Below are positions 1 through 9,767 of a stretch of DNA of 64,000 bases, one piece after another. The position numbers and the translations under genes are program-made. Origin of the DNA: Bdellovibrionales bacterium (GTDB lineage: Bacteria; Bdellovibrionota; Bdellovibrionia; Bdellovibrionales; JAUICD01); contig CBDANC010000012.1 of the NCBI GenBank assembly GCA_965197425.1, positions 128,001 through 192,000 of the forward strand, written 5' to 3'. The notes below the pieces were generated by a model that searched no databases, was not told the DNA's origin, and was given only the letters and a program-made list of their open reading frames with translations. Every line of letters starts with the position of its first letter. The stretch's first letter is position 1.

Positions 1-1250
1 GCGTTGATACCCGCGGCTTTTAGATCAGCCTGCATCATTTCCCCTAGCTGTTTACCCGAAGGTATATAAGGTCTGGAAACAGGCAAAGTCCACAAGTCAG
101 TCTCAAAACCATTTTCAAATCCAGCTTCCTTCAAAAGCTCTTTAGCTTTATTAACATTGTAGTCATAGTCTTGAACGTCTGTGTTGTAAGACCATATTGT
201 AGGAGGCATTGGATTTTTAGCCACCTGAGCATTACCTAAATAAATTGCTTTGATATAAGACTCTCTATTTAGGGCATGGTTCACAGCCTGTCTTACTTTT
301 AAATTGTCAAAAGGAGGCTTGTTAACATTCATAGCAAGGTATCCAACATTAAACCCAGCTTGCTCCATAAGCACAATATCTTCGGAAGTTTTCATTGCTT
401 CTAGATCTGCAGGAGCAGGATAAGGTACTAAGTGACATTCCCCAGCTTTTAGCTTTTGAAACCTAACACTAGGACTTGGAGTTATTGCAAACACAAGTTT
501 GTCTATTTTAACTCTGCCGTTAAAGTAACCTTCAAAAGCATTGTATCTTATCAGGGAATCTTTTTCGTAACTTACAAATTCAAAAGCACCGGAACCAATT
601 GGATGAGTGTCTATTTTTTCTGGAGTACCTGCTTTAAGTATTTTGTCGGCATATTCTTTTGATAAAAGGCTGGCAAAATCCATCCCCAAGTTTGCCACAA
701 ATGGAGCTTCTACCTTATCCAAAACAAATTTAACAGTGTAGTCATCTACCTTAACTATATCTTTGATAATGGAACCCATGCTCATGGATGTAAAGTACTC
801 ATAAACACCACCACTTACCTTGTGGTAAGGATGATCTTTATCATGCTGTCTTTTAAAACTAAAAACTACATCATCAGCATTAAGTGTTCTTGTAGGAGTA
901 AAAAGCTCATTTGATTGGAAATTAATATCATCCCTTAAGTGAAAAGTATATTCCTTTCCATCAGAAGATACATCCCAAGACTTAGCAACACTAGGTGTGA
1001 CAGTCGTACCACCATACTCAAACTCAACAAGTCTACTGTATATGGCGTGGGTAGCATTAAAGGTGGACCCATCTGTTGCGATTTGAGGGTTGAAAGCACT
1101 TGGGCTACCCTCTGCACAAAAAACAAAGACAGATGAGGCTGTTTTCCCGTCTCTTGAACCATCCCCACCTCTTTTTGTACAAGATACTGAAAGTCCGGAT
1201 AAAACTAATAGCATCAAAAAAACATTGAATTTTGTTTTTATTTTGTTCAT
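1..1250 (-). CDS. dppA: Dipeptide/oligopeptide ABC transporter substrate-binding lipoprotein (family 5); 3' end runs off the window
   Basis: Manual translation from ATG at 1250: MNKIKTKFNVFLMLLVLSGLSVSC (lipobox) ...FVFCAEGSPSAFNPQIATDGSTFNATHAIYSRLVEF...; DppA-like; absent from the ORF track because it has no stop in the window. Confidence 0.9.
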   Translation of the reverse strand, partial: MNKIKTKFNVFLMLLVLSGLSVSCTKRGGDGSRDGKTASSVFVFCAEGSPSAFNPQIATDGSTFNATHAIYSRLVEFEYGGTTVTPSVAKSWDVSSDGKEYTFHLRDDINFQSNELFTPTRTLNADDVVFSFKRQHDKDHPYHKVSGGVYEYFTSMSMGSIIKDIVKVDDYTVKFVLDKVEAPFVANLGMDFASLLSKEYADKILKAGTPEKIDTHPIGSGAFEFVSYEKDSLIRYNAFEGYFNGRVKIDKLVFAITPSPSVRFQKLKAGECHLVPYPAPADLEAMKTSEDIVLMEQAGFNVGYLAMNVNKPPFDNLKVRQAVNHALNRESYIKAIYLGNAQVAKNPMPPTIWSYNTDVQDYDYNVNKAKELLKEAGFENGFETDLWTLPVSRPYIPSGKQLGEMMQADLKAAGIN

Positions 1251-1571
1251 AACATTCTTCCTTTATTCTTTACTTTCTTAAACTCTCGCTTTAAAGAATT
1301 AAATATACGGGGAGCAAGTATATAGTCTAATACATGTTTTGCCTATGGTTTGATCGCCAAATCTTTGAATATGACGCAAAGCAAATGTGAGATAATCATA
1401 CTAACATACTAAAATACATTCTATTAAATGGAGTTTTATTTTTTAGTTTGCACAATTTTGAAAATTGGATTTCTAGCCTAAAATATAACCATCTATGGTG
1501 CAGGGTTTATGTTATATAAACCCAGGTAAAAGCTGGGCAACTGCAAAAAAGGAGAGTATAAAAGATAAGTT

Positions 1572-2111
1572 ATGAAGGGTATATTATGGGTTGATTTGGA
1601 AATGACAGGCCTTGCTCCCAAAACAGATAGGATTATTGAGGTTGCAGCTATTGTGACGGGTTTGGATTTGGAGGAGATTGGCAGATATCATGCTGTTGTA
1701 AAGCAACCACAGGAAATTTTGGATAATATGGATGAGTGGAACAAAAAAACACACTCCAAAACTGGTCTTTTAGAAAAAATATCTAGTGGAAAGGATGCTT
1801 CCAGGGTTGAAGAAGAGCTAATTTCATTTTCAAAACAACACCTTGCGGGTGAAAAAATAATTTTGGCTGGAAGTTCTATACATCACGACAGAAATTTTAT
1901 AAGATATCATTTCAAAAATTTTGAGGATATACTCCACTACAGAATGCTGGATGTCACAAGCTTAAAACTTGTGTTTAAAAATATACTAGGCGTTGACTTT
2001 GAGAAGAAAAACCTTCACAAGTCTATGGACGATATTAAAGAAAGCATAAGTGAGTTAAAATTTTATATAGATAAAATAAAAAATAAAATAAATATAATTG
2101 AAAACAAGTAA
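1572..2111 (+). CDS. orn: Oligoribonuclease (DEDDh exonuclease)
   Basis: LWVDLEMTGL, DRIIEVAAIVT, HYRMLDVTS, H..MDDIKESI motifs. Confidence 0.95.
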   Translation: MKGILWVDLEMTGLAPKTDRIIEVAAIVTGLDLEEIGRYHAVVKQPQEILDNMDEWNKKTHSKTGLLEKISSGKDASRVEEELISFSKQHLAGEKIILAGSSIHHDRNFIRYHFKNFEDILHYRMLDVTSLKLVFKNILGVDFEKKNLHKSMDDIKESISELKFYIDKIKNKINIIENK

Positions 2112-2150
2112 ATTAATAAGGAAATAACAACAAAGTATAGAGGACAAAAA

Positions 2151-2414
2151 ATGAAAGCAAAGAGAAAGCCAAACCCCGCATTTATGAAACCAGTTCAACC
2201 GGATGCAACTTTAGCAAACATTATAGGTGACAAGCCTATACCCAGAACTGAAGTTACAAAAAAAATATGGGAATATATCAAAAAAAATGATCTACAAGAT
2301 CCAAAGAACAAGAGAAACATCATATCTGATGAAAAGCTAAAGCCACTTTTTGAAGGAAAAAGCTCTATAAATATGTTTGAAATGACCAAACTCATAAGCA
2401 AACACTTAAAATAA
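2151..2414 (+). CDS. Stand-alone SWIB/MDM2-domain protein
   Basis: KPNPAFMKPVQP..LANIIG..PRTEVTKKIWEYIKKNDLQDPKNKRNI..DEKLKPLF..MFEMTKLISKHL matches the bacterial SWIB pattern. Confidence 0.9.
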   Translation: MKAKRKPNPAFMKPVQPDATLANIIGDKPIPRTEVTKKIWEYIKKNDLQDPKNKRNIISDEKLKPLFEGKSSINMFEMTKLISKHLK

Positions 2415-2444
2415 TCAAAGCTCTTGAGGTTCATGGGGTAGAAA

Positions 2445-3047
2445 ATGAGACTCATTCTAGTGTTGTTGATGTTGTTTGTTGCGTCTTGCACGACTTCTCA
2501 TGTTGTATATGATGCTGGTTCTGATTATGACCGTAATCTTGCGAAAGTAACGGACATACCTTTGATTGAAGCTTCCGGAAGAGGTGATATTGCGGCTGTT
2601 AAAGAGTTGCTTTCTACGCCATCTGAGATAAATGTAAATGCAGAAAATAATGAAGGGTTTACGGCTTTGATGACGGCAGGCCATAATGGCCATGCTGAGG
2701 TTGCCCAGCTTTTGCTCCAAAATTCGGATATAGATGTGAATCATCAAAATAGATGGGGATTTACTGCTTTAAGGTGGGCTAGTTCTTCGGGACACACTAA
2801 GGTTGTAGAAATTTTGCTGAGGGCGGATGGTATTGATGCAACCTTAAGGGATTCAAATGGTAATACTGCCCTTATGGTGGCAGCACGTATGGGTCATTTA
2901 GATATTGTTCAAATATTGGTTCCTAAGGTTGGTGGTCAGGTACATTTTAAAAATCATTTTGGCGATAGTGCCCTTACATTTGCAAGGGAGAATGGGCATA
3001 CCGCCGTTGCTCAGTTTATTGAGCAGTTAATTCGATATAAGTGGTAG
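2445..3047 (+). CDS. Ankyrin-repeat lipoprotein
   Basis: Signal peptide with lipobox FVASC; about 5 repeats of GxTAL..A...GH..V..LL. Confidence 0.88.
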   Translation: MRLILVLLMLFVASCTTSHVVYDAGSDYDRNLAKVTDIPLIEASGRGDIAAVKELLSTPSEINVNAENNEGFTALMTAGHNGHAEVAQLLLQNSDIDVNHQNRWGFTALRWASSSGHTKVVEILLRADGIDATLRDSNGNTALMVAARMGHLDIVQILVPKVGGQVHFKNHFGDSALTFARENGHTAVAQFIEQLIRYKW

Positions 3048-3062
3048 TTTTTTATCCAACCC

Positions 3063-3190
3063 CATTGATCAAGCAATCGGGCATTTTTTTGGAAATTAAA
3101 GATACAACAGATCCCTGGTGGCGGATGCCATATGCAGATAACAACTCCCAGAATGCCAGATCCCAGAGTTAATCAGGCAAAAGTCTTCAA
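3063..3190. repeat. Short 8-nt-repeat element sharing both ends with the four-helix-bundle cassette at 55.8-56.3 kb
   Basis: cattgATCAAGCA-ATCGGGCA at left and ttaATCAGGCAa at right; compare 55808 cattgATCAGGCA and 56240 ttaATCAGGCAa. Confidence 0.55.
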
Positions 3191-3258
3191 CACTGACCCC
3201 CGCTTGTCAAAAAAGTTCGCTTGTTATTGCTTTGGTTTTAGGTTTTAGTAAATGTCTT

Positions 3259-4044
3259 ATGTCTTCATTTATTAGAGCTTATTTATTTTTAGGTATTTTA
3301 TCGTTTGTGTTGCTTTTGGCAGGCTATGTTCTAGGAAATAGGATTGGTCTAATGGTAGCTTTTATGTGTGTATTTTACATAAACTACTATGTTTATTTTT
3401 ATCTAGATTACACGCTTAAAAATCAGTTTGGTTGTGTTCAGATGGAGGGTAGAGATCCTTGGGGGGTTCTTTTATTTTTAAAAGAGACATGCTTGAAATT
3501 AAAAATACCTACTCCTAAGTTATTTACTACTGATTTTGATCTACCTCTTGCCTTTTCTGTTGGCAGATCTAAGAATGCTGCCAACATAGTAATTTCCAAA
3601 AAAATGCTTTCAATTTTGGATAAAGAGGAGCTTTTTTCTGTTATCTTGCACGAGTTATACCATATAAAAAACCGAGACATCTTGGTTCATAAAGTAGGCT
3701 TATTGATAATTAACTTATTTTCAGATCGAGGAGTTTTTAATTTCTTGAGTAGAAAGTATTTCAATCAACCCATATTCTCTCTTTTCTTTTTTTTGATAGT
3801 ACCTAAAAAGGCGGACTATGAAGCTGATAAATTTGCAAGCAGTTTTTTAGGAGATGCAGAGCCTCTTGCCAGTGCATTGTGGAAGATTAGCTCTTATATG
3901 AGTACAAGCTCTAACACCACTATAACAAAAGCCTCCCATATATTTATAGTAAACCCCTTGACCTTATCAAATGAGGATATATATTCTAAAAAGCCAATTG
4001 TGGCTAGAAGGATAAAAAAACTGTTAGGTAGGTATCCAATCTAG
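3259..4044 (+). CDS. M48/HtpX-like membrane metalloprotease, possibly degenerate
   Basis: Two N-terminal TM segments, PLAFSVGR, EELFSVILHELYH (HExxH), YEAD; ATG at 3259 preferred over TTG at 3232. Confidence 0.8.
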   Translation: MSSFIRAYLFLGILSFVLLLAGYVLGNRIGLMVAFMCVFYINYYVYFYLDYTLKNQFGCVQMEGRDPWGVLLFLKETCLKLKIPTPKLFTTDFDLPLAFSVGRSKNAANIVISKKMLSILDKEELFSVILHELYHIKNRDILVHKVGLLIINLFSDRGVFNFLSRKYFNQPIFSLFFFLIVPKKADYEADKFASSFLGDAEPLASALWKISSYMSTSSNTTITKASHIFIVNPLTLSNEDIYSKKPIVARRIKKLLGRYPI

Positions 4045-4077
4045 CTTTTTATCTTTGTATTTGTAAGAGTTATATTT

Positions 4078-4434
4078 ATGGACAATAGTTCAACTGAAGA
4101 AAAAAATAAGAAAACTCAGGACAATTCTGACTTAAGAGGAGACACAGAAAAATCTGCCAGTGAATCTACAGGCTCGGCTGAGTCTATCCCTGAGGCCTCG
4201 TTTTCTGCTTTAATAATGTCATTGGCCTCTTCATCTTTGATGTGGATGGGGCTTTCTCATGATCCTGATAAAAAAATCCGGAAAAACAAAAAACTGGCTA
4301 TGTTTAATATAGATTTACTGCTTATAATCCAGGAAAAAACTAAAGGTAATTTGTCTGAAGAAGAATCAAAACTATTAGAAACTATAGTTTCTGATTTGCA
4401 GATGAGATATGTAAGTTTAAAAGATGAAGAATAA
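4078..4434 (+). CDS. DUF1844-family protein
   Basis: F..LIMSLASS.L..MG...P......LA.FNIDLL.I.QEKTKGNL..EE..LL...V.DLQMRYV pattern. Confidence 0.8.
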   Translation: MDNSSTEEKNKKTQDNSDLRGDTEKSASESTGSAESIPEASFSALIMSLASSSLMWMGLSHDPDKKIRKNKKLAMFNIDLLLIIQEKTKGNLSEEESKLLETIVSDLQMRYVSLKDEE

Positions 4435-5806
4435 GCTTTTTATACTATTAATGTTAGTGGCATTTAATGCTAATGCTCAAAAGCCTGACAGTGCTTTCTT
4501 AAATTTATTTGTAGATCTTGCAAATAGAATAAACCCTATTGTGGTACATATCTATACTGACAATGCTGTAAACTCTAATGCTTACGGAATGTTGCCTCGT
4601 GAGCTTTTGGAGATGTTTGGTTTTCCTTTAGATTATAATGCACCTCCTAGGGGCCCTAGTAAGAGAACAATTGGCACTGGATTTATTATAGATAGTTCTG
4701 GGCTGATATTAACCAATGAGCATGTGGTCTCTTCGACCAATAATTTGAAAGTACAGCTGACTGATAAAACAGAATATACTGCCAGGGTTATAGGTAGCGA
4801 TCCTAGATTTGATGTGGCTTTGATTAAGATCAATCCCAAAAAACCCCTCGAATACGCTAGGCTTGGGAACAGTGACAATGTAAAAGTAGGTGAATGGGTA
4901 GCTGCTTTTGGAAATCCATTTGGTCATAGCTTTAGTATGAGTAAGGGCATTATTTCAGCAACTCATAGGAATGTGAATGAGTTAGGCCCGCTTAGTTATT
5001 TACAAACTGATGCAAGTATCAATCCAGGAAATTCTGGTGGCCCGCTTGTAAATACTAAAGGGCTGGTTATTGGTGTTAACACAGCAATAGACAGAAGAGC
5101 ACAGGGAATAGGTTTTGCTATACCTGTTAATGAGTTTAAAAAAATAAGAGCAGAGCTAGAAAAATTTGGCAAAGTGATTCGAGGTTATATAGGTGTGAGG
5201 CTAACACCTGTGACCTCACAGGTTAAAGATGTATTAAAGTTGCCAAGTTATGAAGGAGCTTTGGTTAGGGGTGTTGATTTGGAAGGCCCTGCTTATAAGA
5301 GTGGGATTCAACCTAACGATGTTGTTGTAAAGGTGGATAAAACAAAAATTGCTTCTCCTGATGATTTAGTAAATAAAATTAAAGACACAAAAATTGGAAC
5401 CACTGTTAAAGTGGATGTGGTTAGAGATGGTAAGACAAGATCTATATCAGTTAAAGTTGGCTCTCCTGAGAAATTGGCCGTTAATATGCCAGGCACCAGC
5501 AGCAGTGAAAGTACTGATGATTTGCAAAGTATTTTAGGAATTAAACTTTCTAATTACTCAAGAGCCTTGGCTCAAAAATATTCCATTTCATCTAGATACA
5601 AACCTGTGGGTCCCATTATTACCGAAGTCATTCCTGGAAGAGTAGCTAACTCTGCAGGACTAAAAGAAGGTGATATGATTGTCATGCTAAACAACAAAAG
5701 TGTTAAAAATGCCGCAAATTTTTATAAGAACCTTAAAAAAGGAAACTATAACTCCATCAGAGTTGTGAACAAAAGTAGCGTCAGCCAAATAACTTTTAAC
5801 TTATAA
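4424..5806 (+). CDS. degP: Periplasmic HtrA/DegP serine protease with two PDZ domains
   Basis: Signal peptide; GTGFII, TNEHVV, DVALIK, QTDASINPGNSGGPL; two PDZ domains. Confidence 0.93.
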   Translation: MKNKLFILLMLVAFNANAQKPDSAFLNLFVDLANRINPIVVHIYTDNAVNSNAYGMLPRELLEMFGFPLDYNAPPRGPSKRTIGTGFIIDSSGLILTNEHVVSSTNNLKVQLTDKTEYTARVIGSDPRFDVALIKINPKKPLEYARLGNSDNVKVGEWVAAFGNPFGHSFSMSKGIISATHRNVNELGPLSYLQTDASINPGNSGGPLVNTKGLVIGVNTAIDRRAQGIGFAIPVNEFKKIRAELEKFGKVIRGYIGVRLTPVTSQVKDVLKLPSYEGALVRGVDLEGPAYKSGIQPNDVVVKVDKTKIASPDDLVNKIKDTKIGTTVKVDVVRDGKTRSISVKVGSPEKLAVNMPGTSSSESTDDLQSILGIKLSNYSRALAQKYSISSRYKPVGPIITEVIPGRVANSAGLKEGDMIVMLNNKSVKNAANFYKNLKKGNYNSIRVVNKSSVSQITFNL

Positions 5807-6045
5807 AGCCCTTCAAATGAATCTAAAAACTGGATTGGTGAAGTGCCAGAGCAACGCTCCAACGAAACCAGAACAGTTTTTAGATTCAGTGTTGTGCAGA
5901 GAACAGGCCCTCGAGAAACCTATGTTTAGTTGAGATATTGGAGATAGAAATAAGATTTTGCCTAATGCGTGGTTCTCAGGGACTAAGTAGTTTCAAAGGT
6001 CTTCAAGTAAGTCATCAAAAAGTGAACTTGTTTTTTGTTTCACTA
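5806..6045 (+). repeat. Two degenerate family-A repeat units plus an intervening hairpin after degP
   Basis: tgaatctaaaaactg...cagtttttagattca stem with inner TGGATTGGT...TCCA..GAAACCA module; second start aaggtcttc at 5996. Confidence 0.65.
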
Positions 6046-6118
6046 ATGGAGCTTTATTAGCTAAAGTGATCTTGGTAGACTGTTAGTTAGAAGAGACTAT
6101 AAAAGGAGGTATCAAGAG

Positions 6119-7093
6119 ATGGAAGGTTTGGGCAGCAAGGTTTCTTCTGGCTTAAAGGTAGTATCTAATGTAAAGCAAGAGGTATCAAATGTAGTCATAG
6201 GTCAAGAGTCTATGATTGATCATATTCTTATTGGCTTACTCTCTGGTGGCCATGTACTGTTAGAGGGTGTTCCAGGTCTTGCTAAAACCCTTACTATCTC
6301 TACCTTATCTAGAACAATATCTTTAGATTTTAAGCGTATTCAGTTTACTCCAGATCTCCTACCATCTGATTTAATTGGTACTATGGTGTTTAACCAAGCT
6401 ACTGGGGAATTTACACCCAAAAAAGGTCCAATATTTACTAACATTGTTTTGGCTGATGAAATTAACAGGGCTCCTGCCAAAGTACAGTCTGCACTCTTGG
6501 AATCCATGGCAGAAAAACAAGTAACCATAGGAGAAACTTCCTATAAATTAGATGGGCCGTTTTTGGTTATGGCCACTCAAAATCCATTGGAACAAGAAGG
6601 AACCTACCCTTTGCCTGAAGCTCAGTTGGATAGATTTATGTTTAAAATATTAGTTGATTACCCTTCTAGAAAATCTGAATTAGATATTTTAGAAAGAATG
6701 TCAAAAGATTCTCAAATCGAGGTTAAAGCTGTAATTGGCAAAGATTTTTTAAATACAGCAAGAAACACAATTAATGAAATTCACTTAGACGAAAAAATTA
6801 AGAACTATATTGTAGACATAGTAATGGCTACTAGAGATCCACAATCATTTGGACTAAGTGGTCTAAAGGGCTTTATTCAAGTGGGAGCATCTCCTAGAGC
6901 TACTATTAATTTGGCAAAAGCATCCAGGGCCAGTGCATACCTACAGGGAAGAGAATATGTAACAGCAGATGATATCCAAAAAGTATGTTACCCCGTACTA
7001 AGACACAGAATCATTATGACTTATGAAGCGGATGCTAGAGAATATACAACTGATCAAATAATTCAAGACATACTACAAAATATTAACATTTAA
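6119..7093 (+). CDS. moxR: MoxR-family AAA+ ATPase
   Basis: HVLLEGVPGLAKT, RIQFTPDLLPSD, LADEINRAPAKVQSALLE, ATQNPLEQEGTYPLPEAQLDRF. Confidence 0.96.
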   Translation: MEGLGSKVSSGLKVVSNVKQEVSNVVIGQESMIDHILIGLLSGGHVLLEGVPGLAKTLTISTLSRTISLDFKRIQFTPDLLPSDLIGTMVFNQATGEFTPKKGPIFTNIVLADEINRAPAKVQSALLESMAEKQVTIGETSYKLDGPFLVMATQNPLEQEGTYPLPEAQLDRFMFKILVDYPSRKSELDILERMSKDSQIEVKAVIGKDFLNTARNTINEIHLDEKIKNYIVDIVMATRDPQSFGLSGLKGFIQVGASPRATINLAKASRASAYLQGREYVTADDIQKVCYPVLRHRIIMTYEADAREYTTDQIIQDILQNINI

Positions 7094-7108
7094 TAAGGGA
7101 CAAATATT

Positions 7109-7975
7109 TTGTCAGAAGATTTACAAAAAATTTTAAACCAAGTTAAGTTTTTAGAATTTAGCACTAAAAAACTGGTAAACAATTTATTTGCCGGCAATTT
7201 TTCATCAGCTTTTAAAGGCGGAGGTATGACTTTTTCCGATGTACGAGAATATGTACATGGAGACGACATAAGACACATCAGTTGGCCAATAGCTGCTAAA
7301 ACTGGAAAACCTTATGTTAAAACTTACGAGGAAGAAAAAGAACTTTCAATTATACTAGCTGTCGATACGAGTGGCTCTGTAAACTATGGCAGCAATGAGC
7401 TTAAGTGTTCCACAATAGCAAAAGTAGTAGCTACTTTAGGTTTCAGTGCCATAAAGACTGGAAATAAATTAGGAATGGTATTATTTTCTGACAAGGTAGA
7501 TGAATTTATACCACCAAAAAAAGACAAAAAAAATTGTTATAGAATTATTCAAAAGGTTTTAACAAAAACTACCAGAAAAACAAATCTAAAAAATGTTTTG
7601 TCAGAACTAATAAATATAAAAAAAAGATCAACTATATTTATAATCTCAGATTTTATGGATAAAAATTTTGAAACTGAACTAACACTTATTGGGAAAAAGC
7701 ATGATATCATTGCTATAAGAATAAGAGACAGGAGCGAATTACAAATACCTAACATTGGTTTAGTTAATATTAAGGATGCCGAGACAGGGAAAAGTGTAAT
7801 TTTAAACACATCAAATGAATCCAGCAGACAAAAATATACATTAAACATGAGAAATTTATTTTTAGAACAAAAAAAGTCAATACGTAGATCAAATATAGAT
7901 TTAATTGATATATTTACCAACGAAGATTTTTTCTTAAAACTAGCAGAATATTTTAAAAGAAGGCGTCGTAGATAA
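7109..7975 (+). CDS. DUF58 (vWA-like) protein of the MoxR/Bat cluster
   Basis: GGMTFSDVREYVHGDDIRHISW, AVDTSGS, ISDF; follows moxR. Confidence 0.9.
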   Translation: MSEDLQKILNQVKFLEFSTKKLVNNLFAGNFSSAFKGGGMTFSDVREYVHGDDIRHISWPIAAKTGKPYVKTYEEEKELSIILAVDTSGSVNYGSNELKCSTIAKVVATLGFSAIKTGNKLGMVLFSDKVDEFIPPKKDKKNCYRIIQKVLTKTTRKTNLKNVLSELINIKKRSTIFIISDFMDKNFETELTLIGKKHDIIAIRIRDRSELQIPNIGLVNIKDAETGKSVILNTSNESSRQKYTLNMRNLFLEQKKSIRRSNIDLIDIFTNEDFFLKLAEYFKRRRRR

Positions 7976-7977
7976 TT

Positions 7978-8796
7978 ATGTTTTGTCGCGCAGTTATAAA
8001 TGGCAAAGAAACAAGTTCATTTAAGATTACGGTAGGCCAGAAAGCTTTAATAAAATGTGACAACCCTATCGATTTCAATAATGCCTCATTATTTTATGCT
8101 GGCCACAAATACCCTCTAGTTATTTTAAATATAAATAAAAATTCAATGGAGGTTACTTCTTATTTGGTAGGAAAATATCCTGAAGGATCACTTCGACTTA
8201 TAGGTGATGGCGCAAATATTCCTATTAAAGGATTTTCCTGGGAGACAGTTTCCTCTATACAAGGCACCGAACCCTTTCCTGCTAAAGGAATGATGAATTT
8301 ACAACTTCCAATTTTACAGATAATTGGTATATCTATTTTTCTTCTAGCTACAATAGTAGCATCTATGCTTTTTGTAAAAAGTAAAAGAAGGTTAAAGAAG
8401 GATATAGATAGCATAAAAAAACTAAAGTCTGTAAGATCTCCAATAGATGAGCTGCAATATAAAATTAAACATCATGAAAGACATTTTTTATTAACTCAAA
8501 ATCATTTGGTTTTTATAAAAAACCTACAAAGAGAGCTTAAACTCTACCTAGCAAGAGAGCTTGAAATACCGTTTCACATATGGACTATAAAAAAATGTAT
8601 TGTATTTTTAAAAAAGAAAAATTTATCTTATTTTAATAAATTCTCGAAAAAAATAATTTTGCATTTAAATGAACTTCAGGTTTTATTACATAAAAATTTA
8701 AAAAGTTTATCAGAAGAGGAAGCATACGATCTGTCAGAAAAAATAAGTGCTTTTTCTTCTAAAATACATGATTTTGTAAGGGGTCGCTTCAAATGA
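7978..8796 (+). CDS. Membrane-anchored hypothetical protein of the Bat cluster
   Basis: Single TM segment; position between DUF58 and BatA. Confidence 0.6.
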   Translation: MFCRAVINGKETSSFKITVGQKALIKCDNPIDFNNASLFYAGHKYPLVILNINKNSMEVTSYLVGKYPEGSLRLIGDGANIPIKGFSWETVSSIQGTEPFPAKGMMNLQLPILQIIGISIFLLATIVASMLFVKSKRRLKKDIDSIKKLKSVRSPIDELQYKIKHHERHFLLTQNHLVFIKNLQRELKLYLARELEIPFHIWTIKKCIVFLKKKNLSYFNKFSKKIILHLNELQVLLHKNLKSLSEEEAYDLSEKISAFSSKIHDFVRGRFK

Positions 8797-9767
8797 TTTG
8801 GCATTCCCCTATTTGGTTCTTAGTTATACCTATTATCATAGGCTGTTTTTTTATAGTTGGTAAGAAGGGAAGTTTACAGTTTAGTTATATTGGAGCATCA
8901 CCTAAAAGTTTAGTATCTAAGTTTCCTGGTTTTTTAAAATTTTTAAGTTTAATCTTTTTAGTTTTAGCACTTGCTAGACCTAAGGTTGTAGATAATGACT
9001 ATAAGGACGACATACTTGGTATCGACATCATATTTGCTCTAGATATATCTGCGTCTATGTTAGCAAGAGATATGGGGGCTTCCAATAGGTTAGAGGCTGC
9101 AAAGACAACCATTGCAAATTTTATTAACAATAGGACTTCTGATAGAATGGGTCTTTTATTATTTGCAGCGGAAAGTTTTACCGAAGTTCCGGCTACAACA
9201 GATTATTCACTATTGCTAAATAAACTTTACTTGGTTGAAACAGATGATTTTATAAAAGCTGGTACTGCTATTGGAGTAGCTGTTGCTAACTCAGTAGCTA
9301 GGCTTAAATTTTCTGATGCAAAAACCAAGGTTATTATTTTATTAACAGATGGAGAGAATAACGCAGGAACAATTGATCCAGTACTGGCACTGGATATTGC
9401 TAAAAAGCATAATGTTAAGATATACACAATAGGTATTGGAACCGAAGGAATGGCAACCATACCCATTATTCAAAAAAATCCAATTACAAATAAAAGTTAT
9501 AAACTTTATACAACTATATATACTAAGGTTAACACAGAGCTTTTAAAAAAACTTGCTAAAGAAACAGATGGAAAGTTTTATAGAGCAATAGATGAAGAAA
9601 GTTTATCTGATATATTTAGTGAAATTGATTCTTTAGAAAAAACAAAAATTTCAACCTCTACTATGACCAAATATAAAGAACTTTTCTATATACCTTTAGT
9701 TATAGGATTTGTTTTATTTTCTATTTCACTTATCTTAAAACACTCAATACTTAGGTTGTGGCCATGA
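8793..9767 (+). CDS. batA: BatA-like vWA protein
   Basis: LALARP, GIDIIFALDISASM (MIDAS), GTAIG, ILLTDGENNAG, C-terminal TM. Confidence 0.88.
   Translation: MIWHSPIWFLVIPIIIGCFFIVGKKGSLQFSYIGASPKSLVSKFPGFLKFLSLIFLVLALARPKVVDNDYKDDILGIDIIFALDISASMLARDMGASNRLEAAKTTIANFINNRTSDRMGLLLFAAESFTEVPATTDYSLLLNKLYLVETDDFIKAGTAIGVAVANSVARLKFSDAKTKVIILLTDGENNAGTIDPVLALDIAKKHNVKIYTIGIGTEGMATIPIIQKNPITNKSYKLYTTIYTKVNTELLKKLAKETDGKFYRAIDEESLSDIFSEIDSLEKTKISTSTMTKYKELFYIPLVIGFVLFSISLILKHSILRLWP

Noticed and set aside
935..1168. Frameshift in dppA suggested by the 77-aa minus-strand ORF
   Set aside because: Manual translation shows the DppA frame is continuous through this region; the small ORF is an alternative frame
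1350..1410. c-di-GMP-I riboswitch suggested by GACGCAAAGC
   Set aside because: The GGCAAAC..GAAA stem and the downstream tetraloop-receptor stem are not convincingly present
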